From NCBI GenBank assembly GCA_016932875.1, contig JAFGBZ010000021.1:1-55133 (forward strand): a DNA stretch of 55,133 nucleotides, given 5' to 3'. Each line of letters begins with the position of its first letter. Positions within the stretch are counted from its first letter, which is position 1. Position numbers and translations under genes: made by a program. The DNA is from Candidatus Iainarchaeum sp. (GTDB lineage Archaea > Iainarchaeota > Iainarchaeia > Iainarchaeales > JAFGBZ01). A model generated the notes under the pieces. It saw only the letters and a program-made list of their open reading frames with translations. It was not told the origin of the DNA and ran no database searches. Positions 19,182-27,396 of this stretch are shown piece after piece.

Positions 19182-21377
19182 TTGGCGAGAAAAGAAGATG
19201 TTGTTAAAATGGCGCAATTATTAATGGATACACGTGAAACTATCAGAAATATTGGAATTGTTGCACATATTGATCATGGAAAAACTACTTTAACAGATAA
19301 TTTGATTGCTTCTTCAGGTTTAATGAGCCAAGAATTAGCAGGAAAACAATTATTAATGGATTCCGAAGACCAGGAACAGGCTAGAGGAATTACAATTAAT
19401 GCAGCAAATATTTCAATAGTGCATAATTACAACAACAAAGAACATTTGATTAATATTATTGATACTCCTGGACATGTTGATTTTGGCGGAGACGTTATTA
19501 GAGCAATGCGTGCAGTTGACGGAGTTGTATTAGTTGTTGATGCAGTTGAAGGAGTAATGCCTCAAACTGAAACAGTTGTAAGACAGGCTTTAAGAGAATA
19601 TGTTAAACCGGTTTTATTTATCAATAAAGTTGACAGATTAGTGAATGAATTACAGGTAACAAAAGAAGAAATGATGAACAGATTTGTAAAAGTAATTGCT
19701 TCAGTTAATGATTTAATTAAAAAAAATGTTCCAAAAGAATTTGAATCAACATGGAAAGTAAGCCCTGAAAACGGTTCAGTTGTTTTTGGTTCAGCTTATA
19801 ATAATTGGGCAATAAGTGTTCCGCAAATGCAGAGAACTGGAGTAAAAATTGCTGATTTATATGAATACTGTAAAAATGAAAAACAAAAAGAATTAGCTCA
19901 AAAATCTCCATTATATACTGCTTTACTTGAAATGATTATCACTCATTTACCAAACCCAGTAATTGCACAAAAATACAGAATTCCAATTATCTGGGAAGGA
20001 GATCATGAAGAAGAAATATTCAAACAAATGACTTCATGTGATAAAAGTGGAAGTTTTTCAATGATGGTAACAGATGTTTCAGTTGACAAACATGCAGGAG
20101 ATATTGCAACAGGAAGAATTTATTCAGGACAAATAAAAAAAGGAATGAAAGTAAAATTAGTCGGCGGAAAAAAAGATGTTGTAATACAAAAAGTAGGAAT
20201 ATTCATGGGACCTGATTTTGTTGAAGCAGAAAGAGTTCCAGCAGGAAACATTGCAGCATTAATCGGATTAAAAGAAGTTTATACTGGAGAAACAATTGCT
20301 GAAAATGAAATACATGAATTTGAATCATTCATGACTCAAACAGAACCAGTAATAACAATTTCAATTGAAGCAAAAAACACAAAGGACTTACCAAAATTAA
20401 TTGAAGTAATAAAACAATTAACAAAAGAAGACCCAAATTTAGTGGCTTCATTAAATCAAGAAACAGGAGAACATTTGCTTTCAGGAATGGGAGAACTTCA
20501 CTTAGAAATAATGCAGTACAGAATTGAAAAACATCACAATGTTCCAGTAACAGTTTCACCACCAATAGTTGTATACCATGAAACAATAACCAAAAATGAA
20601 ACACCAGTAATTGAAGCAAAAAGCCCTAACAAACACAACAAATTCAAAATGAAAGTAGAATTATTATCAAAAGAAATCCAAGAAGGATTACGTGAACAAA
20701 GAATTAACGGAAAAATAAAACCAAAAGACAAAGAAATGATTGAAAAATTAAAGAAAGCAGGATTCAATACAGATGATTCAAAAAGAATTTGGGCTGTGCA
20801 TAACCAATGTGTTTTGCTTGATGCAACCCGTGGAATACAAGCATTACATGAAATTCGTGAATTAGTAATTCAAGGATTTACTGATGCAATGAATGAAGGA
20901 CCTTTAGCAAAAGAAAAATGCTTTGGAGTAATGATTGTATTAGAAGATGCAACATTACATGAAGATGCAATTCATCGCGGTCCAGCACAAATACTTCCTG
21001 CAATCACAAGAGGATGCTATGCATGCATGCTTTTAGCTCAACCGGTTTTATTTGAACCAAAACAAAGATTAACAATCACAGTAGCAGAAGCATACATGGG
21101 TTCAGTTTCAAAAGAATTAGGAAGCAGAAGAGCACAAATAAATGAAATGCGCACAGAAGGAGACAGTGCAATAATTATTGCTAAAGCACCAGTAAAAGAA
21201 TTAATTGGCTTTTCTCAAAGCATTCGTTCTGCAACGCAAGGAAGAGCATTATGGACAGCAGAATATTTAGGATATGAAATGCTTCCAAGAGAAATGCAAC
21301 ATGAAGTAATTAAACAGGTAAGAACAAGAAAAGGAATGGATCCAGAACCAAAACCAGCAGAATTCTTCATGGATTAA
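19182..21377 (+). CDS. fusA: Translation elongation factor aEF-2
   Basis: IRNIGIVAHIDHGKTTLTDNL, DTPGHVDFGG, and the diphthamide-region HEDAIHRGPAQ. The TTG start fits the conserved N-terminus. Confidence 0.95.
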   Translation: MARKEDVVKMAQLLMDTRETIRNIGIVAHIDHGKTTLTDNLIASSGLMSQELAGKQLLMDSEDQEQARGITINAANISIVHNYNNKEHLINIIDTPGHVDFGGDVIRAMRAVDGVVLVVDAVEGVMPQTETVVRQALREYVKPVLFINKVDRLVNELQVTKEEMMNRFVKVIASVNDLIKKNVPKEFESTWKVSPENGSVVFGSAYNNWAISVPQMQRTGVKIADLYEYCKNEKQKELAQKSPLYTALLEMIITHLPNPVIAQKYRIPIIWEGDHEEEIFKQMTSCDKSGSFSMMVTDVSVDKHAGDIATGRIYSGQIKKGMKVKLVGGKKDVVIQKVGIFMGPDFVEAERVPAGNIAALIGLKEVYTGETIAENEIHEFESFMTQTEPVITISIEAKNTKDLPKLIEVIKQLTKEDPNLVASLNQETGEHLLSGMGELHLEIMQYRIEKHHNVPVTVSPPIVVYHETITKNETPVIEAKSPNKHNKFKMKVELLSKEIQEGLREQRINGKIKPKDKEMIEKLKKAGFNTDDSKRIWAVHNQCVLLDATRGIQALHEIRELVIQGFTDAMNEGPLAKEKCFGVMIVLEDATLHEDAIHRGPAQILPAITRGCYACMLLAQPVLFEPKQRLTITVAEAYMGSVSKELGSRRAQINEMRTEGDSAIIIAKAPVKELIGFSQSIRSATQGRALWTAEYLGYEMLPREMQHEVIKQVRTRKGMDPEPKPAEFFMD

Positions 21378-21389
21378 AATCCATGAAGA
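21364..21389 (+). terminator. Perfect 12-bp palindrome with the fusA stop codon at its apex
   Basis: TCTTCATGGATT-AA-AATCCATGAAGA. The stop codon TAA is at 21375-21377. T-rich sequence follows. Confidence 0.35.
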
Positions 21390-21417
21390 TAATTCAATTC
21401 CTTTTATATAATACCTT

Positions 21418-21424
21418 TTTAAAT
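21418..21424 (+). promoter_or_regulatory. TATA-like box shared with the L3 operon promoter region
   Basis: CCTTTTTAAATGTTTTAGTAAAGAAT here versus CCTATTTAAATGTTTCCAGCAAAGAAT at 30193-30219. Confidence 0.4.
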
Positions 21425-21511
21425 GTTTTAGTAAAGAATAATGTAATGGCTAAACATGGCCATCGTTGGTGGGAATATTATATTTAACCTATAAAATTGG
21501 AGGTAATGAAA

Positions 21512-22780
<1,269 letters not shown>

Positions 22781-22812
22781 CTGAATTTAATTTTTTTTTT
22801 TCAGTGAAAAAA

Positions 22813-23130
22813 ATGGCGACACAAAAAGCAAGAATCAAATTAACCAGTCCGGAATATGAAAAAGTTGAAGAAGTTGCTTCAAAAATCATTGAAGTAGCAG
22901 ACAGAACCGGAGTAAAACATTCAGGGAAAATTCCTTTACCAACAAAAAAAATAGTTATTCCAACACGCAAAAGTCCTTGCGGTGGCGGAACAGAAACATA
23001 TGATAAATGGCAAATGAGAATTCATAAAAGACTAATTGATATTGAAGCAGATGAACGCACTTTAAGAATGGTGATGAGAGTAGAAATCCCAGAAAACGTT
23101 CACGTTGAAATAGAATTAAAAGAAAAATAA
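22813..23130 (+). CDS. rps10: Ribosomal protein uS10
   Basis: MATQKARIKLTS...GKIPLPTKK...YDKWQMRIHKRLIDI. ATG lies 5 nt after AGTGA. The longer track ORF overlaps tuf and is not credible. Confidence 0.9.
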   Translation: MATQKARIKLTSPEYEKVEEVASKIIEVADRTGVKHSGKIPLPTKKIVIPTRKSPCGGGTETYDKWQMRIHKRLIDIEADERTLRMVMRVEIPENVHVEIELKEK

Positions 23131-23161
23131 GAGAATAAAAATTCTCTTTCCTACTAATTTT
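23129..23161 (+). terminator. Hairpin plus T-run after rps10
   Basis: AAGAGAAT-AAAA-ATTCTCTT (8-bp stem), then T5 at 23157-23161. Confidence 0.45.
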
Positions 23162-23208
23162 TAATCAAACTATTTCTTTTAAAGGAAGAAAAAGACTATA
23201 AAGTGTAT

Positions 23209-23504
23209 ATGGCAAATAATCCAATAAAAAAAAATCAAATTTAATTAAATTTAAAAGACGCACTGCATTTAATCACGGAATTCAATCAGACGAATATATA
23301 CTGCAATATCAAAAAGCAGAAAAAACAGATGCAGTAAAATTCTGGACAGGAAAAGATAATTCATTAAATTTAATTCAAATAACTCCTTTACTTGAAGGAG
23401 AAAAAACAAAATTTTTAGTTAAAATAGGAAAAACAACAATACTTAATTCACAAGGTCAGACAGAATTCCTGCCTTACCGGATTAAAACAGAATTAATTGA
23501 ATAA
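23209..23504 (+). pseudogene. ORF of about 95 codons with no in-frame start; an ATG is reachable only through a frameshift in an A9 tract
   Basis: An open frame runs 23220-23504 (...KFKRRTAFNHGIQSDEYILQYQKAEKTDAVKFWTGKD...RIKTELIE) with no ATG, GTG or TTG. ATG 23209 is in the other frame and is separated from it by A9 (23226-23234). Confidence 0.3.
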
Positions 23505-23565
23505 ATAATTAATTAACCAGAAAGAATTAAAAGAAGAAAGAAATATAAATAATATGTGAAGAAAA

Positions 23566-24300
23566 ATGGTTAATGCAAAAAGAAACAAAGTAAGAAAAGA
23601 AGGAACGCAAACAGGACAAGCAATAGCTCAAAATTATTTAAGAACAAAAGGAATTACTGCAACAGGAAGAAAATTACCACAAAAAATGGCTGAATTAATT
23701 AAACAAACACAAAGATTAGCTAGATTAGAGAAACTAAAAAAAACAAATCCAGAAAAATTTAAACAAATACAACAAAGATATAAAAGAATGAAAGCAAACC
23801 GAGAAGCACAAGAAGAAATTAAAAGAATTAAAAGAGAACAAGGAATACAAACAGCTGAACCACTTAAAAAATTTTATCCTTCATTAGAAAAAGAAATAGT
23901 TATTGAACCAGAAGCAATACGCAAAACAACAAAACCTGAAATTAAAATAGTTAAAGTTGAAGATTTCATTTCAAGAAATATTGGATTAAATGCAAATCCG
24001 CAAAGCGATGTTCGTGTTTTGTATAATCATGCAGAAGAAATAAATAAATGGCTTTCAAGAAAAAAAATTTTTGTTGAAGAACCAAAAATTGCAGAGACAG
24101 CCTCACACGAAGTAATGCTTTACTTTGGATTAAAAAAAGGAAATCAAAGAGGACAATTTGAAATAAAACAAATTAGAAATCCTAATGACGGCTGGTATTG
24201 GAGAGAAACACTGCAAATGCCTGAAAGCACTACTACTGTTTTTCGTGATTCGAAAGGAAAAATAATCCCTAAACCAGAAAGAAAACTAAGAACCTTTTAA
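23566..24300 (+). CDS. Hypothetical protein (Lys/Arg-rich N-terminal half, globular C-terminal half)
   Basis: 244-aa ORF with no recognisable family. Confidence 0.5.
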   Translation: MVNAKRNKVRKEGTQTGQAIAQNYLRTKGITATGRKLPQKMAELIKQTQRLARLEKLKKTNPEKFKQIQQRYKRMKANREAQEEIKRIKREQGIQTAEPLKKFYPSLEKEIVIEPEAIRKTTKPEIKIVKVEDFISRNIGLNANPQSDVRVLYNHAEEINKWLSRKKIFVEEPKIAETASHEVMLYFGLKKGNQRGQFEIKQIRNPNDGWYWRETLQMPESTTTVFRDSKGKIIPKPERKLRTF

Positions 24301-24330
24301 TTTTTTATTCTAATGCATTACTAATCAATC

Positions 24331-24756
24331 ATGTCATTTGAATTATTTGAGCATACTGCTGATATTGGTTTAAGAGGAAAAGGTAAAACATTGGAAGAAG
24401 CTTTTTCAGAGTGCGGAAATGCTTTATTGGAAGTAATGAGTTTTCGTAATAAAACTGATGAAAAGAAATCAATTGAAGTTAATTGTTCAGCTGAAAGCAA
24501 AGAAAATCTTTTAGTGAATTACTTAAATGAATTATTATACATAATGGATTCAAAGGATTATTTATTCAAAAGAATTGAAGTTAAAAGTATTTTAGAAAAG
24601 GAAGCAAAGTTTTTCCTTAAAGCAGAATGTTTTGGTGAAAAGCTTGATTTTAGTAAACACGAGCTTAAAACAGAGGTTAAAGCAGCAACTTATTCAGGAT
24701 TAAAAATTCAGAAGAAAAACAATGAATTTATTGCTGAATGCATTGCGGATGTGTGA
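24331..24756 (+). CDS. Archease (RtcB activator)
   Basis: MSFELFEHTADIGLRGKGKTLEEAF and VKAATYSGLKI are typical archease N- and C-terminal motifs. Confidence 0.85.
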   Translation: MSFELFEHTADIGLRGKGKTLEEAFSECGNALLEVMSFRNKTDEKKSIEVNCSAESKENLLVNYLNELLYIMDSKDYLFKRIEVKSILEKEAKFFLKAECFGEKLDFSKHELKTEVKAATYSGLKIQKKNNEFIAECIADV

Positions 24757-24764
24757 GAAAAACA

Positions 24765-24771
24765 TTTAAAA
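24765..24771 (+). promoter_or_regulatory. TATA-like box about 26 nt upstream of the antitoxin ATG (possible internal leaderless promoter)
   Basis: TTTAAAA at 24765-24771, ATG at 24794, no SD between them. Confidence 0.35.
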
Positions 24772-24793
24772 CAATCGATACTTATTGATATCT

Positions 24794-25048
24794 ATGGCTA
24801 CTAAACAAATTAATCTGAAAATACCTTCAAACCTTTATGTCACAGCTGAATCTTTTGCTGAAACTTACGGGTACAGAAATGTTCAAGATTTGGCACTAGA
24901 ATCATTAAGGGAAAAACTTTTTGAAAAAAATGAATATGATGAAAGCTTTTCTGAAAAAGAAATTGAATTAATTGATGAACTGATTGAAAAGTCAATTAAA
25001 AAAAAGAAATTTATTTCTGAAGAAGAATTCTTGAAGGCAACTCAATGA
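24794..25048 (+). CDS. RHH-like antitoxin candidate
   Basis: KQINLKIPSNLYVTAESFAETYGYRNVQDLALESLREKL fits a strand-helix-helix pattern, followed by an acidic tail. 4-nt ATGA overlap with the downstream toxin ORF. Confidence 0.55.
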   Translation: MATKQINLKIPSNLYVTAESFAETYGYRNVQDLALESLREKLFEKNEYDESFSEKEIELIDELIEKSIKKKKFISEEEFLKATQ

Positions 25049-25335
25049 GCTTTAAAATCACTGTTTTAGAAACTCTAGTTGAACAAGTAAAAAAATTAAA
25101 TGAAAAAAGCAAAAGAATAATAGCAGAAAAAATAGAACTGATTAAAGAAAATCCTTTCAGGTTCAAAAGAATTCATTCAAAGAAATTTAATAAAGTTTTC
25201 AGAGTAAGATTAAATATTGAAAACAATGAAACAAGACTGATTTATGTTGTTCTTGAACCAAACATAATTTTAGTTTGCTTGCTTGAAAGAAAAAAAGATT
25301 ATAAAGATTTAGAAAAATATTTATCAAAAATTTAA
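25045..25335 (+). CDS. RelE/ParE-superfamily toxin candidate
   Basis: 96 aa. ...NPFRFKRIHSKKFNKVFRVRLNIENNETRLIYVVLEPNIILVCLLERKKDY follows the RelE-type pattern (xRxRxGxxRxIYxV...I.I..I..R..AY). Confidence 0.6.
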   Translation: MSFKITVLETLVEQVKKLNEKSKRIIAEKIELIKENPFRFKRIHSKKFNKVFRVRLNIENNETRLIYVVLEPNIILVCLLERKKDYKDLEKYLSKI

Positions 25336-25345
25336 AGTGAAATAA

Positions 25346-26779
25346 ATGAGTGAATTAAATCAACTAGAGGGATTTGTCTGGGAAATGCCTAAAGAAGGAA
25401 ACATGAATGTTCCTGCAAGATTATATGTTGATAAAGAAATGATTGAAACATTAAAAGAAGAAGAAAAAACTAATTGGAGCACTTTAAGGCAGTTAAGGAA
25501 TGTTGCTTCTTTGCAGGGAATCCAAAAACATGCAATAGCTCTTTCAGACTGTCACCCTGGTTATGGCGCTCCAATAGGAGGAGTTGCTGCATTTGATTTA
25601 ATGGAAGGATTAATCACGTTTGGAATTGTTGGATTTGATATTAATTGCGGAGTCAGAACTTTAAGAACTAATTTAACTTCTGATGAAATTAATTCAAAGA
25701 AAAAAGAATTAAGTGAAGCTTTATTCAATGAAATTCCTGCTGGATTAGGAGTGAAAGGAAAGCTTGAATTAAAGCCAAATGAAATTGATGAATTATTAGA
25801 AAAAGGCGCTGAATATGTTGTTGAAAAAGGATTTGGATTGAAAAATGATTTAGAATTTATTGAAGAAAAAGGATGCGTTAAAGGAGCTAATCCTGAAAAT
25901 GTTTCAATGAAAGCAAAGCAAAGACAATTCAAGCAAATTGGAACTCTGGGTTCAGGAAATCATTATCTTGAAGTGCAGGAAGTTGAAGAAATATTTGATG
26001 AAAAAACAGCTAAAGCATTTGGATTAAAAGAAAAAGAATGTGTTGTTTCAATTCATTGCGGTTCACGCGCTTTAGGACATCAAATTGGAACAGATTATTT
26101 AGAGTTTCTTGAAAAAGCAGCAAAAAAATATAAAATTAAAATTCCTGATAAAGAATTAGTTTGCGCTCCAATTCAATCAAAAGAAGGACAAAAATATTTT
26201 TCAGCAGTGAATGCAGGAATTAATTGTGCTTTTGCAAATAGGCAGATGTTAACGCATTTAACAAGAACTGTTTTTTCAAAAGTTTTTGAACTCGAAGAAA
26301 AACAAATTCAAACTCTTTATGATGTAGGACATAATACTGCTAAAATTGAAAAACATGAAGGAAAAAAATTATTAGTGCAAAGAAAAGGTGCAACAAGAGG
26401 ATTTGGAGCAGGAAGAGAAGAAATTCCTGAAAAATACCGCGCATTTGGACAGCCTGTTTTAATTGGCGGAAGCATGGGAACAAATTCATTTATTTTAAGC
26501 GGAACTGAAAAAGCAATGCATGAAACTTTTGGTTCAACAATTCATGGGGCAGGTAGAAGCAAGTCAAGGGTTGCAGCAAAAAAAGAAGTTAATGCAGAAA
26601 ATGTTATTGAATCGCTTAACAGAAAAGGAATTATTGTTAAAGGACATTCAATGAAAGGGATTGAAGAAGAAGCACCTTCAGCTTACAAAAATATTCTTGA
26701 AGTAGTTGAAGTAGTGCATAAAACAGGAATAAGCAAAAAAACAGTTAAATTAAAACCATTAATCTGCATTAAAGGATAA
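25346..26779 (+). CDS. rtcB: RNA 3'-phosphate/5'-OH ligase RtcB (tRNA-splicing ligase)
   Basis: DCHPGYGAPIGGV, FDINCGVR, GSGNHYLEVQ, HCGSRALGHQ, HNTA and HGAGR motifs. No intein. Confidence 0.95.
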   Translation: MSELNQLEGFVWEMPKEGNMNVPARLYVDKEMIETLKEEEKTNWSTLRQLRNVASLQGIQKHAIALSDCHPGYGAPIGGVAAFDLMEGLITFGIVGFDINCGVRTLRTNLTSDEINSKKKELSEALFNEIPAGLGVKGKLELKPNEIDELLEKGAEYVVEKGFGLKNDLEFIEEKGCVKGANPENVSMKAKQRQFKQIGTLGSGNHYLEVQEVEEIFDEKTAKAFGLKEKECVVSIHCGSRALGHQIGTDYLEFLEKAAKKYKIKIPDKELVCAPIQSKEGQKYFSAVNAGINCAFANRQMLTHLTRTVFSKVFELEEKQIQTLYDVGHNTAKIEKHEGKKLLVQRKGATRGFGAGREEIPEKYRAFGQPVLIGGSMGTNSFILSGTEKAMHETFGSTIHGAGRSKSRVAAKKEVNAENVIESLNRKGIIVKGHSMKGIEEEAPSAYKNILEVVEVVHKTGISKKTVKLKPLICIKG

Positions 26780-26859
26780 AGAAAATAAATTAAGTTTGCA
26801 TTAAAAATAAAAAACCAGTAAAAGATAAGATTAAATAAAAAACAAGTGTACTTTAATTA

Positions 26860-27342
26860 ATGAAAAAAATTATTTTATTAATTGGATTAATTCTTTTTTC
26901 TTTAATAGTTTATTCAACTGCATTTAATGGTTCAGAAGTTGAATTCAAAGAATTTTATTCTTATACAAAAGAGAATTTAAGCCCAGTTGAAAAAATCAAA
27001 AAAGAAGTTTTTTTTAAAGATGAAGAATTATGGGTTTACATTGAATTGAACAAAAAATCAGCAAATATGGTTGCAGGTTATTTTGATGCAGAAAAAAGAA
27101 GCGATTTTTCTTCCCTACCAGAAACAACAATTAATTCACCATATAATTTAAACTTAACAGGACTTGAACCAGGAAATTATACTTTCAGAGCAGAAGTATA
27201 TGAAAGCAAAGATGCAAAAACAATCCGTGAAATGAATTTTACTGTGCTTGAAACAAGTAAAACAATTGAAGTGCCTGAAACTAACCCAATGCTCATAATA
27301 GGGCTTTTAATAGGAATAATAGCCATAATTCATAGAAATTAA
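26860..27342 (+). CDS. Membrane-anchored secreted protein
   Basis: N-terminal signal/TM (KKIILLIGLILFSLIVYS) and a C-terminal TM (PMLIIGLLIGIIAIIHRN). Confidence 0.5.
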   Translation: MKKIILLIGLILFSLIVYSTAFNGSEVEFKEFYSYTKENLSPVEKIKKEVFFKDEELWVYIELNKKSANMVAGYFDAEKRSDFSSLPETTINSPYNLNLTGLEPGNYTFRAEVYESKDAKTIREMNFTVLETSKTIEVPETNPMLIIGLLIGIIAIIHRN

Positions 27343-27365
27343 CTAATTAGAGTGAAAAAGTAAGC

Positions 27366-27373
27366 TTTAAATA
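27366..27373 (+). promoter_or_regulatory. TATA box for a leaderless surface-protein transcript
   Basis: TTTAAATA centred about 27 nt upstream of ATG 27397. The same TTTAAATACTTGT string occurs at 52288. Confidence 0.5.
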
Positions 27374-27396
27374 CTTGTTCTGCACTATTATTACTG

